A stretch of DNA of 64,000 bases, from NCBI GenBank assembly GCA_964252035.1, contig OZ176201.1; one strand, written 5' to 3'. Below are positions 23,424-37,023 of this stretch, piece by piece; the first letter of the stretch is position 1, and each line of letters starts with the position of its first letter. Below the pieces are notes generated by a model that searched no databases, had not been told where the DNA came from, and worked only from the letters and a program-made list of their open reading frames with translations. The translations under genes and the position numbers were made by a program. The stretch is from Podarcis erhardii (taxonomy: Eukaryota).

Positions 23424-24096
23424 GACAGAAGGAAGGGAGACCAACAGTAGGTGGAGTCAGAGCCACCGCATGATTGGTTGTAAGAAGGTTGGAAGTAAGA
23501 AGGCAGCCCAAATGGACCCTCCGCTGGTCAGAGAGTGGGTCTACACAGAACGAGGCGGTAGAATGCTGAGGTTGGTGGAGTGGGTTGTACCACTTCAAAT
23601 TACAAGTAGGGGAATGTCGCCTTTGAATGCTCCTTCATGTTGACCAAGTAGTGCTGTGCTGAAATTTGTCCTTCAAGTTTCTCAAAGCTTTTCATCCCCT
23701 ATGAAAGAGGCTAGTTGTCTGGAGCTCCGGGGTACCGTGGGGATTTTAAAAAATGGTGGCTCCCCACACTCAGCTACCTTTCATGGAGGGGTAGGCTGGG
23801 CACATGCTAGTGTTTGTGGTCTGCAGCTGCCCACGGGTCCCTGTGGTGACAGACTCCAGGCCATATTGCTAGGTCTGTGGTTTGGGGTGGAGGCTGTTGG
23901 GACTGTTGCTATCTTGAGAGATGAAGCAGCGCTGAGACAACAAGCACTCTTTATCTGGGCCAGGGAAGCTGAGGGCATCTCAGCCACTAGTCTTTGCTGG
24001 TTTTTTGGTTAACAGCACCTTTTGTTTTTAAGCTTTATTATTAAGATTTCCCCATAATACAGTAAAATTGCAACTATAGAAGATACAAATCGAATA

Positions 24097-24338
24097 CAGT
24101 GGTATCTCGGGTTAAGAACTTAATTCATTCTGGAGGTCTGTTCTTAACCTGAAACTGTTCTTAACCTGAAGCACCACTTTAGCTAATGGGGACTCCTGCT
24201 GCCACCGCGCTGCCGCTGCATGATTTCTGTTCTTATGCTGAAGCAAAGTTCTTAACCTGAGGTAATATTTCTGGGTTAGCGGAGTCTGTAACCTGAAGCG
24301 TATGTAACCTGAAGCGTATGTAACCCGAGGTACCACTG
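24097..24338 (-). mobile_element. Tc1/mariner MITE family B
   Basis: Reverse complement of 8242-8483; TIRs and TA on both sides. Confidence 0.93.
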
Positions 24339-27300
24339 TACTTAAAATACGGAGTCCTCTCCTAAAAGTAATTCTTGGACCTTGCCACTCACAGCCTCTC
24401 ACTCTGGGAGACCAATATTTCTCTGTCTTCTACCCAGGGTCCTCCATCAACCCTATATCCCCTCCCCCACAAATATGTAATTTCTGGACCCTAATAAAGG
24501 CCCCGGACATAGGACCCCAAAGAAAGTCTTTATTTCAGTTAACAGCATTTTTTAAACAGTGGAACTTCCCTCAGCACAGAGCCCAATTTCTGCTACTGAA
24601 TCTTGCCATAGCCGTTGCCTGGCTTTCATTCTGCTTTCCCCTCTGATTCTCTCCCTACATAGTCCTCAAAATATTGTTTGTTTCATGTAAACAAATCAGA
24701 GGTTATCCCCAGATGGGCTTCCAAGGAAGTCAAGAGGGGAGCTTTCGATTTCGCTAGCCGTTATCTGAGCCCACTTTGTGTAGACTACCACTTGGAAAAC
24801 CATAGTTGGATCTAGTGTAGCTTCCCTAAAATAACAATTGCTGCTGTTTCTAATATTTGTCCAGATAATATATTTGGTGATTAACTGAAGTGTTTCCATC
24901 AGACTTCTGTTTATTTTGCAGCTTCCAGTGTAATTATTATGCTGATTTTATGATATTCGTTGTTGAACATGAAAATGATTTCAAACACACAGTGGTTGTT
25001 TTGCTTCAGCCTCAGTAGGAATAAAGAGACTTGAAGTTTTATGAACTGGAATGGTGCATTTTGGAGATTGGCATTTTCTAGAATAGTTCTAAGTTGTCTT
25101 TGGGTGCAAGTATGGGTAATGATTTTGAAATAAAAATGTATGCTATGACATATATTTTTGAGCTGACCCAGCCTTGATTTGAACAGAGCTCTGATGACAG
25201 CCCTAGCAGAATTGTGGAATTATATATGCTGGTTTTCTTACCAAATGTAGTCTTCATCCATAGCATTTTAAGATTAAAAAAACAGTGTAAGGAAAATAAA
25301 ATGCTTATTCTGCTGTGGGTGGCATTCAACTCAGTTTTACTCAAAGGAGACCCATGGAAATTCATGAACATGACAAAGTTATGTCCATTAATTACAGTGG
25401 GCCTACTCTTTAAGTAAAAGTTTGGTTGACTGTCAACCTATGAAAGTTGCATAACCACTGAACTTTACTGCCACTAACACTGCAGGCAAATACGGATGCC
25501 GTGTTGTGTGGCTTAGAGGATTTTCACCCTTATTTGTTTGGATCTAGGTTATGAGTTTTCTCCTCGGTTAGAGCCAGAAGGTATATTGCTGAGAACTGGC
25601 ATTGGGTTGGGGCGGGGGGGTTGCGTACAAAATTGGCTGCGCCCAAGGTCTTTGCGTTAATGCTAATTAGGCAGGTAAAAAGCAGAATATTTCATTTGAT
25701 CCAGTGTGTGAACATTAACATCCCACCACCCTGAAATTGCTAGCAGCTAAGTTGGAGTTCATGGAGTTATTAAATATAATGAGGGCTCTCGCGCTTTGTG
25801 ATGGTGCTCACTGGATGTTTACAAAGAAAAAGCTTATGTCTTGCATTCTGCATTGGGGATATTTTTTTTTATTTTCATTTTTATTACATTTCCTGACTTC
25901 AGTATCTAGGTCAGTCTATGAGAGAGGGGAATTTTATGACAGGCTCCCCAAGATGACTAAGAAGGATACAGGAAGACTGAATGTAGTTTTGTCCTTCTCT
26001 CTTTCTAACCTTTGCCATTCTTACCACCCCCTCCCTGGTCAATTTAATAGGAAGGAACAGTAGGAAGAAACACGAGCTTTGTTGTAGGTTAAAGGTAGTC
26101 TGCATCTGGGTCCCTTCAGACTTCATGAATTGCTCATGTTGTTAATGTAGTGCCATAGATGTATGTGGACCTTTACAGAGTAACTGTCTGAGGTGCAAAA
26201 TATGGGAGACGACAGAGGAGCGCAGAGGAAAATGGAGATAAGAGCAACAGGGGAAGAATATGCATTCATTTATTTTGGGTAGCGGGGAGGCTGCAGATCT
26301 CCAGTTGTTGCTGTACTCCAGATCCCAGGCAGCATGATCAGTGGTCATGGATGATGGGAGTTGTAGTTCAGCAACATATGCTGGACTGCCATCTCATTCA
26401 AAAAATTAATAGTGCTTTTGCTGGTGATGTTGGCAGGTGGAACAGTCAAGGAAGGGTTTGGTAGCAGCAGAGATAATTGACAGCTCCCCTTCTCAAGTTA
26501 CTTAATGTGTGAAGGGGAATCAAAAGGTGGCATTTTTTTTGAGCAGGGGGTGGGGGGATGTCATTTTGAGCCACTTGTGTCCCATGGCAATACCAGGTCA
26601 GCTAGAACTGGATGGAACTCAGTTCCGGCACCTCTCAGGCGGGTGCCATTGCCATTCTAAGGGTAATATTCTTGTTGAGTTCCAGAACCTCTTTTTCTAG
26701 AAAAATAGCAGAAGGCAACACCATTCACAAATTAAAAAGTTATCTCTCGCTCACACTGTATTATCATATGAAAGTCTTCCAGTTTCCCCCCTTTAAAACT
26801 ACAAACTCTCTTCTGCAGAAAATGATGTTCCAATCCCCTCCCCGCCAAATTTCACTGGCTTTTCTCTTCTGCTTTTCCTCCTCCCCCAACTCTCTTTTAA
26901 AGTTTTCTTTGTAAAACTACAAGCTGAGGGTCAACACTACCTCTCTTTTTTCTCTCTCAACAGGAGCAGAAAATTTTCTCTCTCAAGACTTTCTAGTGCT
27001 AGAAGAGGCCCTGAGGCAGGACAAGCAAAAAACGGTAGGAAATACAGACCTTTGCGTAAAAAATGTGTGATACCTCATGGGAGACACAAATAGTTCACAA
27101 CAGATATTTACCAGGCCAAAGTGAAGCTTCAGAAGATCTTTGGCTTTGCCAACAAAGGCAAAAAGTAAAATGCAAATAACTTGGAATCACATATTTTCTT
27201 CTAATTCATGTGTCATCTCTTGGGCACCATTCACACATTTATTGGGTCACTATTACAATTTAAATGGTGGAGGAATGTGTTTGCTTCCCTCGCCTCAAAT

Positions 27301-27507
27301 ACACAGTGCAGTGGATTGTCAATGTAAAAGTTCATGCATGCAGCAGCTGGCCAAGACATTGCATTCTCTGACCCTCTCTTTCAAGGAAATGAGGCAAATG
27401 GCTAGAGGACTCATGCCCTATTTTATATTAGAAGTCTGTATATGTATGTTGGGTGAACTTGCATTCCTATTCCTCATGAAAGATTTGTCCAGCCAGATAA
27501 TCTAGCC

Positions 27508-27758
27508 CAGGGGTAGGCAACCTAAAGCCAGTGGGCCGGATGCGGCCCAATCGCCTTCTCAATCTGGCCCACAGACGATCCGGGAATCAGTGTGTTTTTA
27601 CATGAGTAGAATGTGTCCTTTTATTTAAAATGCATCTCTGGGTTATTTGTGGGGCATAGGAATTTGTTCATTCCCCCCCCCCCAAAAAATAGTCCAGCCT
27701 ACCACATGGCCTGAGGGGCAGTGGACCGGCCCACGACTGAAAAGGTTGCTGACCCCTG
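27508..27758. mobile_element. hAT-Charlie-type MITE
   Basis: CAGGGGTAGGCAACC...GGTTGCTGACCCCTG; 8-bp TSD ATCTAGCC/ATCTTGCC; GGGCCGGAT-GCGGCCC subterminal motifs. Confidence 0.88.
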
Positions 27759-30700
27759 ATCTTGCCTATGTCTGTCCATGTACCATGATGTGCCAGATGA
27801 AGTCTTTGACTGCATCGAATCCATGTTGCCTTAGTATGTGAGAGGTGCTAAGGTGAAAAGAGAGCTGGTTGCATTCTGAGATCCTTCTACGTCAGGGCTT
27901 CTGTGTTTGATACTTGATTCTGTAAACTTGAACTGTACTCACATAGTAAAAAACCATGTGAAGTGAATGTGTAAAAGCAGGATCGTGGTGGCTTGTCCCC
28001 AGCCGTATGTGCATCCAACTGAATGGATGCACAGAGTTTCTGACTTTTTTTTTCGCTTGGGCATTGATTAATTTATAGATTGTGTTTGTGTGTATTTAGT
28101 TTTTGTAAATCATCCTGAAAATAGTTTTTTTTAAAATGAATATAGGTTAAATAACTATCTCATTTTGTTCCCCACTGATTAGACTTTTTTGTGTTTTGTT
28201 TGGGTGGGCGATTTGCTCCAGATTAGTAAACGGAAGAGGAATCTGCCAGTGCGCGTGTAAACATTGCTTCTGCTCCCAAAATAAGTCTGCTCTTCCTTCT
28301 CCTCCACATTTCACATTCTTTTCAAGGAAATGGCTGCTTCTCCTTGCCATATTTCCAGCAGAGAAAATCAGAGTCATGGGCTGCAGTGACAGCCCTATTG
28401 TGTTTTAAAGATGATTAAGAAGGCAGCACTTCTGAGACTAGATTTATTTATATTACCTAACGAAAGATTCACAGTCCCATATATATTTCAGAATTGGACT
28501 TTCCTCGAAGCCCCATCAGTAACTGGCTGATGAATTGCATCATTTGAGGCCTGACGGAAGAACGGCTGGGTGATACTTCAAGAGGACTGAAGACATTATA
28601 AAAACCCTTGTAATAGACTTAATGCTTTGTACCAACAAACTGCACCAAGGCTGCACATTCCTAAGCAGGCAAATGCTTTGTGGCACAGTTTTCACATGCA
28701 CCTGAAGGACAAAGGCAAGGACACATTTTAGGACTCAAATGGACTGTGCCCTCTTCATTTAACCCTTGCAAACACATGATTTAATAGGCTTTCTAATGGG
28801 CACATTTAGGTACTTGACCTAACCGGTGACTGAGCAGTCGTAATTTGATTTGATTTATTATATTTCTGTGCCACTTTTCATTCAGAAGAATCGCAAAGCG
28901 TCTTATAAACAGTAAATAACAATGACATAACAGAACATCAGAAATACAGCACAAATCAAACAGAACAATTATATAATAATTATATAATAATACTGAGGGC
29001 AACTTGGTGCCAGGAAGCCATGTTGCTGTACTCCTTACAAGAGGATTGGCTTCTGAGTGTGTGATGCTGTGTTTTGAACACAGCCTGAATACAGATTTGT
29101 CTCTGTGTTGGGTCTGTACTATGAGCCAGCTTGGACGAATAATGTAGTCAGGAATGAAAGCAAGAGCACACCTTACGCTTCCTCACAAGCCAGCACAGCT
29201 GCCCCATTTCTGATCCCACCATGCAGGAATGTAACATTTTAATGGTGCCCACACACAGGCAGTCCAATGCACCCATTTAACATGGTTAATCTCTCCAATA
29301 ATACATTTTATACTAAGCCTACTAATGTTGGGTCATCTTAAGTTCCTCTTATGCCTGAACTGCCAATGGCATTGGAAGTTGGGGGGGGGCTGGTGGTGAG
29401 AGAGAGTAAGACATATGTTTGCTCCTCAACAGGGAGCAGTAACAGAAAGCATTGTCTAATTTGACTCTATAGTGTTAGCTATTGCATCTGACAGCTCAGT
29501 TGTCTCATGTCATGCTGGGCACTCCAGCAGCTGGCAGAGGAATGTGACAACCTCTAAGAGCAGAGCAGAATGATTCTGGATCTGTCAAATACTGGGCAAC
29601 AGTATTTTGCTGTACATAGCTCTTGGCCTGCCAGGCTCAGATTCGAAAAGGACTCAAGTTTTTATGCAGGCAGAGTCCAGTTGGACAGTTGGTTGTGAGT
29701 CACCTGACTGTGACTCAGCAGATCTTTGGACAGAACCATTCTTAGGTCTGGATTTGAGGGTTTGTGCAGTAGATTTCTGCTCTGGTGATTGGCTTTGCTT
29801 GTTACTACACTGAACAAACTGCCTGATAAAGCTCCATACTAAGATTTAACCTTGCATCCCCGCCCCACCCCCATTAAGTTTCTCATCCTCGTAGCTGCAA
29901 AGATGTATTTTAAAACATCATAGAGGAACTGTTGCAGGGAAATAGGGTAATAAGAAAAAAAACCCCCAATCCTAACTCATTATAACTTTTCACTCTCACG
30001 ATGTTTAGGTTTGTACATCAATATTTCCGCCCCAAAGCTGAGTGATCTTAGGTTTTTATTGATTTTGCTTAACAATCTTACGTAAAATGGAAACTAAATG
30101 AAAGTTAGTAATAAAGGAGAATGACATATACATGACTCTTATATATATGCACCCTAATCAGTATGCTATAGAATACCAATCATCCTACAAGAAGAAATTA
30201 GCTGGCACAAAAATATCTTAGGAGGAGGATGACACATTCCTACTCAACATGTCATAAATGAGATAAAACTAGGAGGAGAAAGCAGAAGTTTTTGTTGAAA
30301 CATTCCAGTCACCCTTAAGCTTAGTATTTTGCAACTAAGGGAGCAATTTCAGGCAATATGTCCAGTAACCTGAGTTGAGGAGACGCCATGTTGATATATA
30401 TGAAACATGAAGCTGATTTATGATGGAATTCCTTTTTTGGGGGGGGGGCAGTTTTGGCACGGCACTAAAGAAATTGGGCTGGATCGAGACCAACCTGGTC
30501 ACTCTTAATTCTCCCTGAAATTAATAGGGCTTGGTTAGTCATAACAAACTTCTTGTCAGGCTGAAGTTCCATTCATCCTTGACCACTGAGCATATTGGCT
30601 AGGGATGATGGGAACTGACTTTGGGAGGACCACATGCTCCCCATTCTTGCTATAAAATTTCCAGTACTTATTAATGGAAGGTTTGACCAATGTAAAGAGA

Positions 30701-31182
30701 AAAAATGTGCACTGCATGTATTAAGTTTCACTGATCTCAGCAGAGCTTTGAAATAAGTGTGCGTGGGATTGAAGTCTCAGGGTGCTAATCACTGACCTTA
30801 CCTGAAAGGTGAAACTAAGGTAAGGGGCTTCAACAAATATGGTGGGGGCAGCACTGAAGTTTCAGAATTAGGATAATGTATTGGAAGTAGCTGTCGTTAT
30901 TTATATACCACCTGTATGTGATAGTCTATATTGAAATTGTTTGAAGTACACAGTGGCACAATATTCCTAAGCCAAGAAAGCAGAAATATTGAAAGGGTTT
31001 TTTTCTGATAGAAAGGAGCACTTTTGATGCAATGGGTTTATGCATATCATGAAATTATTGCCTGGGAGCTTTCCTTTCCTTTATAAGAGGCAGAAATAAC
31101 TTTTTTGATTGTGCCTTTGGGCACAGATGCTTTAGAATCCTATTTGCCAAATTGATTCCTGAGCAATTTGCTCTGGGTGAAG

Positions 31183-31184
<2 letters not shown>

Positions 31185-31224
<40 letters not shown>
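31185..31224. repeat. (GT)n microsatellite
   Basis: 20 units. Confidence 0.97.
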
Positions 31225-31226
<2 letters not shown>

Positions 31227-32074
31227 GATTTCATATGAAGGATCTGGCTGAAGTACACTGCTAGACAGGATTGGGGGGAAAAACTATTATTCTTTTCTGA
31301 ACCTACTGCCTTCTCTTATGAAAACAACTAAATATTAAATCGCACATATCTATGATTTATTCCCAAACTTCTTCATTTGTCTTCTGCAAAGTAAACATTA
31401 ATTGCTGTGTGATGCTGTTCACCTTGTGAATGTTTAAGGGAAACACTCCCACTTGCAAACAAGCCACAAAGCCTGTTGCCTATAAGAATGAAAGATTAAG
31501 AGCCAGTTCTGTTCTGCAATAAAATACTCTGTTGTCAAGACTGAGATTTCCCTGTGGGGGGAAATAATCAGTGTTGCAAGGAAGCTCCTCTGAAGTGTTC
31601 AGTAAAAAAAAAAAAAAAAGGTGCTATTTTGTGATGGTGTAAAAAGCTTTTCACCTGAGGACAAAATTATCTTGAATCTCTATTGTGTTAGCCAATAAAG
31701 CCATACAGCTGAGAATATCAAAACTGAGGTTTGATTCAACTGCTTTTCTTGCCAGCTAGTGTAATCACAGCTAACTGGGTTTACAGCAGAACGTGTGATT
31801 GGGTCCAATACTTTTAATTTGTTCCAGGGCTGCCATATTTTTCATCAAGCCAGGAGTGTGGTGATGCTGGAGCCAACTGCATGATTGACCACCTTCATCC
31901 AGGGGTGCCCTCCAGATGTTGCTGGACTACTCTTGCTTGACCATTAGCCATTCTGGCTGGGGCTAATGAACACCCTGATACATCCATTCTGCAAGGATGC
32001 CACCAGATATGAAGCCAAACGTCACCATATTAAATGTATGGGTAGTAATAGTTCAGGGTGTGTAGGGTGTTAGG

Positions 32075-32640
32075 GGAGGGGGAGTACCTCTAGCGGGCGA
32101 CACATTGTTCTTCTTCTGCAGTAGTTTGTCCACTTTGGGCCTCCACCTTTCACTTAGCCCTCACCTCTTGGCTCCTAGAAGCTGTCAGCATGCAACAGCG
32201 GCCACACTCCAGGAACAGCTTCAACTGACGGGCTAAACCAGGTGAGGGTAGCCACTGGGTCTCAAACCTTCGGTGAGTTAGGGATTTCCCCTGCAGGCTC
32301 CGGCAGATGGAGCGGACGAGACCAACAGTGGGTCCAGTGGTCAGGATCGTTGTTTTTCTGTAGAGCAGTGGTTCTCAACCTGTGGGTCCCCAGATTTTGT
32401 TGGACTACAGTTCCCATCATTCCTAGCCAGCATGACCAGTGGTCAGAGATGATGAGAGTTGTAGTCCAACAACATCTGGGGACCCACAGGTTGAGAACCA
32501 CTGCTGTAGAGGGAAGTGAGGGGTAGATGGGACTCCTAAACCTGGAAAGGTAGCCCACCTAGGAGAAGGAAAAACTGATCCTAGACCTCCATTGCCTTGT
32601 GGGTTACCTTCGGGAGAAGAAAGGGCTAAGGAGTAAACCC
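32075..32640 (+). mobile_element. RTE-type LINE 5'-UTR-like fragment
   Basis: GGAGAAGGAAAACTGATCCTAGACCTCCATTGCCTTGTGG and GGGCTAAGGAGTAAACCCC resemble sauropsid RTE 5' UTRs (recognition only). No ORF; interrupted by the hAT MITE. Confidence 0.45.
32366..32503. mobile_element. Intact hAT MITE
   Basis: TIR CAGTGGTTCTCAACCTGTGGGTCCCCAGAT and its complement; perfect 8-bp TSD CTGTAGAG. Confidence 0.95.
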
Positions 32641-32835
32641 CACATTTTAGTCCCTAAAATGGTTGGATGGCGCCTTGTATGCCTCCTTCCAGAAACTCCT
32701 ACAGACACCAAACATGTTGCTCTGCTTTCCTTTGGACCACATCAGTGAGGCTGAACGGGGGGGGGGGGGGAGGTTCTTGTCATCTGGGCAGCCCAGGACC
32801 TCCATACACACTGCCCAGGCTTGCATCCTGGAGAG

Positions 32836-32939
32836 TTATCCCTCCCAGTTTGATGTCATCTGCAAATTTGGTGAGCATCCCCTCGATTCCTTCATCCAAG
32901 TCATTTATAAAGACTTTGAACCACAATGGGCCCAGGACA
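32836..32939 (-). mobile_element. CR1 reverse-transcriptase fragment
   Basis: Minus peptide VLGPLWFKVFINDLDEGIEGMLTKFADDIKLGG is the CR1 RT catalytic FADD motif. Confidence 0.88.
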
Positions 32940-33644
32940 AACTTACACACATGACAACTTTATTCAAGGTCCTTAAGAATTTAAATAAATAAATAAATAA
33001 ATAAAAATGTCAGGGAGCATATACTTTGCTTGAACTTGGTATTATTTGAATTACAGGAATTACTACTGAAACTGGCCCTCAAGTTTATTAGTTTTCTACC
33101 ATTTCCTAATTATTGTTTGGTCTAAAAACCAAACATTGAGCATTCATTTTCCGACACCCCCCCCCCAAAAAAGCCTATGGACATTGGAAAGACCTGTGGC
33201 TACTGTCCCTGAGTTAGATAATCGGTGCATAAATCTGGTATTTGTATTTTGTTCATGTGCACAGGTATCCAATGACGGAATAGATATGAAAAGGGCATTA
33301 CGTGAATTTTGCATTCTAACAATCAGCTACATATTCACATTTCAAGCCACATGGCACCGTGTTAAAATCTACTTTATATCCCTTTTGCAGTATGACATTG
33401 GTCGTTTGTGAGGATTACAGACATTTGAAAATGAATCACAAGGTACTAATGTTTACAAAACACGATTTTATACTGGTGTCAGTACAAAATGCCGTTTCTC
33501 AGAGTATGGTTTTGATACAGCTGAATTTCTCCATCTATCTGACTATTTCTCAATCAGTGGTATCAGACATAGTATAAATATAGAATAACTTCACTGGATT
33601 TGTACAGTATAGTGACACAACTAGCCATCCTAAATTATGTTATA

Positions 33645-33861
33645 CAGTGGTACCTCAGCTTACAAACACCTCGGGGTACAGACACTTTGGGTTACAGACT
33701 CTGCTAACCCAGAAGTAGTACCTCGGGTTAAGCACTTTGCCGCAGGATGAGAACGGAAATTGTATGCTGGGATGCCCCATTAGCTAAAGTGGTACCTCAG
33801 GTTAAGAATAGTTTCAGGTTCAGAATGGACCTCTGGAAGTTCATAACCAGAGGTACCACTG
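33645..33861 (+). mobile_element. Tc1/mariner MITE, family B-related (older)
   Basis: TA-CAGTGGTACCTC...GAGGTACCACTG-TA; shares CCCATTAGCTAAAGTGG and GCTAACCCAGAA with family B. Confidence 0.88.
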
Positions 33862-35127
33862 TACATATTAAACTTCTGTGTGCAGCCTTCTCTATGGCAC
33901 TAAAAGTACTGCAGAGATGTATTGAACTCCCCCCCCCCCACCGCCGCCAAGCCAATATGTCTTATTTAGCTGATCAATGTAGGTGTTAAATGTAAATTAC
34001 TCTAACGTTAGACTTTCAGCAGTTCTAAGCAATAAGGTGAGAAGATATTTTGTTTTGGTAGTCTCAAGTTTACAGCAAGACACAACTATGAAAACAAATT
34101 AAGGAAGGTAATATGTAGAATTGAGTGTCTGGTGTTAATAATTCTAATAATGCAATCTCAAGATGCCACATATGTTTGATATTCTGGGCAGGTGTTCTAA
34201 AGAATACGTTGAGAATGGGTGTTTTCAGAATTTTAAAATATTTTGTTAATTCAGAATGCTAACTTCTATGCTGACTTTTTTTTGCATAATTGTGCAAATT
34301 AAAATTAATAACAGTGTTTAGAGCTCTGGCAGTGCATACTGAGGCCTTCCAGACTAAATGCTGATGAAATGTACCTCAGGGTACTCCGAACAGAAGGGAC
34401 TGGGGAAATAAGAAATGTGCCTTATGTCAGAGAGGGTACACAGTTATAACCTTTGTAGGTACTGGAACTTTCCCAGAGGGAAAAGTAATTGACCCAGATG
34501 ACTTCCTGGGAAGCACTTCTGTTGTCAGAAGATTGCTGTTGGACAGCCTTTTAACAGCTACAGGCAGGTGTTGGAAAAACTGTGATGCTTGCCAAATGTC
34601 CACCTGTAATGTATTGCTATGGAAATGGCATGTGCACTACAACTGCAGGTACCTTTTGGACAGTGCCTGTGACATCACTGTGAATCGCATTGCAGACTGA
34701 ATGTCCCATCTACATCCATCATTTTCAATGCCCTCCTTTTAAAGGTATGATTCCCATTTCCCCCAATACTAAAACATGGATTATTATTTTTTAACCCAAT
34801 GTCTCTCAAATATGCTTTTCTAGTAGCGAACAATATTATCCTGACCCTTTCTATTATGTGACAATACAGCTTTTGATAACAGATTCACCATAAAAGTTAA
34901 GCACTGAGAATCATTATCCCCATAGGAAAATGAGTTTGCATGGAAATGCATTGAATAATCCTTATTTTATTGGATTTGAGAATAAAACCAATTGCTTTCT
35001 AACTTTTGGAGCCAAAATGAAAACTAAGTGGTAGATGTTTATTTTTGATTCAGATTTGTTGTGGCCAATGGCTAGTGCAATAAAGTTATTTGGACTGGAA
35101 GAGGTAAATGCAGTGGACATATATAAT

Positions 35128-35560
35128 TTTTATTAAATTTTCTAAATTACATTTCATTTAAACAACCTTAAATCAATGACTTCCCTTCTTCTCTTTCGGT
35201 GGTTGATTTTGCACACCATACATCCATGCATATTTTACATGAACTAAACCATTCAATAATCCATTGTTACATCCATCAAAACCTAATTTATCTTAATTCT
35301 ACCACCGTTTTTAAAGGAACATAATTTTTACCCATATATTCAGCAAACATTTCTCAGTCTTCTTTAAACGTGCATTCTTCTTGTTCACTTATTCTGTATG
35401 TTAAGCATTTTCCATCAGTTTAAGTAGCCATTCTTCTTTGGTTGGGACCTCGCTTGTTTTCCATTTTTGGGCTAACAAGACATGGGCCGCTTTAGTGGCG
35501 TACATAAATACTCTTTTTTGACACCTGGGAATTTCCCTCTGAATTAGCAAGAGCCATTTT
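35128..35560 (-). mobile_element. L1/Tx1-clade LINE 3' fragment
   Basis: Minus peptide RVFMYATKAAHVLLAQKWKTSEVPTKEEWLLKLME resembles squamate L1 ORF2 C-termini; T-rich (poly-A) end near 35128. Confidence 0.75.
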
Positions 35561-36003
35561 CAAATCTTAGCAGATGCCAGAATATATTTTCGTTTTCAGT
35601 TCTTGATTACTTTGCTGTTTGTTTCCACTTACCCCACTTCAGACTTTCTCGACAGGTGAGCTTGCCATGTTGAACAATGGCCATAGGTTGATCATACGTA
35701 GTATTCTACAGAAAACACGCCACCACCATACCGTATCATATGTACTATCCCTTCTCTTCTGTTTGGGTACCCTAACCGAATCACAAGAATCCTTGCACGG
35801 CTCACCTGTGGCAGGGGCATGCATTATAAGCCGATATTTATGGGTGAGGACAGGGGCTGATCTACTATGAAACTAATGAGTTTTAAGCTTCAGGGTCCCT
35901 AATCCTGGAGGGGCCCCAGAGGCAAATATATTTCACATTGCTTAAAATGTTTGTGTCTAGTAGGCCCAGTTTGAGTGGCAAGACTCAAACTGTTCAATTT
36001 TTC

Positions 36004-36150
36004 AGTTACAGATAGGTAGCCGTGTTGGTCTGCCATAGTCAAAACAAAACAAATTCCTTCCAGTAGCACCTTAAAGACCAACTAAGTCAGTTCTCAGAAC
36101 TGACTTAGTTGGTCTTTAAGGTGCTACTGGAAGGAATTTGTTTTGTTTTG
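36004..36150. mobile_element. Penelope-like inverted pseudo-LTR pair lacking the ribozyme
   Basis: Perfect 55-bp arms 36040-36094 and 36096-36150 with a 1-nt loop; same terminal ACAGATAGGTAGCCGTGTTGGTCTGCC as the 21113 element; TSD TTCAATTTTTC (35993-36003, 36151-36161). Confidence 0.85.
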
Positions 36151-36177
36151 TTCAATTTTTCGTATAGATTTCAACTA

Positions 36178-36436
36178 CCGTATTTTTCGCTCTATAAGAC
36201 GCACCAGACCACAAGACGCACCTAGTTTTTGGAGGAGGAAAACAAGAAAAAAAATATTCTGAATCTCAGAAGCCGGAACAGCAAGAGGGATCGCTGCGCA
36301 GTGAAAGCAGCAATCCCTCTTGCTGTTCTGGCTTCTGTGATAGCTGCGCAGCCTGCATTCGCTCCATAAGACGCACACACATTACCTCTTACTTTTTAGG
36401 AGGGAAAAAGTGAGTCTTATAGAGCAAAAAATACGG
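36178..36436. mobile_element. Tigger/pogo-like MITE
   Basis: TA-CCGTATTTTTCGCTCTATAAGAC...GTCTTATAGAGCAAAAAATACGG-TA; internal palindrome CAGCAAGAGGGAT/ATCCCTCTTGCTG. Confidence 0.9.
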
Positions 36437-37023
36437 TATTCCAAAGTTTGACAGGCAGTAGTACAGACATTGTAAAGGTGTGGTGATCTGCTGTGGAGCA
36501 ATCTCATTGAAGAAGATAACAGTGGTTACCTAGACGTCATTGTTGGTTGCAATGGGGTTCCCTTGACCGTTCAAGCTTCACCCCCCCCCCAAATGTAGGT
36601 CCGCTGCTGGGTGATGGGGATGGAGACTGCATCCAGTAGTGGGGGGACACAGGTGAAACAAGATGGCCCTTATCCCTAAGCCTTGTTCTTTGTAGTTTCA
36701 AGCATGGTGTCAAGGTGATTGTGTATCTTCTGAGGGATGTGGCGGAACTCAGAGTTGCATCTCTACAAGTAGAGATGGATTGGCTGTTTTTAACGATGCC
36801 ACCACTGACTCCTGTGGCGTAAACAGGAGGACAGACAGTGGAGACCAACACTTACTGTTGTTGTGATTACTCTTTCAGGGAAATGTAAGACCATTTGAAT
36901 GGGGCTATTAATATATAAAAGCAACCTCTGTGTGTCATGCTTTCTGGGTGGCAGAACATTCTTAAATCATCCTTCTGGTTTCTGCTTATGGGGTCTTACC
37001 ACAAATACCCCTCACACACTTGA

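Noticed and set aside
25600-25622. G-run clusters with G-quadruplex potential (also 53020, 54865)
   Set aside because: Short isolated G-runs are common in this genome, with no promoter or CpG-island context.
34355-34395. Hammerhead-like CTGATGA...stem...CGAAC
   Set aside because: The GTACC/GGTAC stem is not directly flanked by the core, GAAA is replaced by GAAC, and there is no stem I or III.
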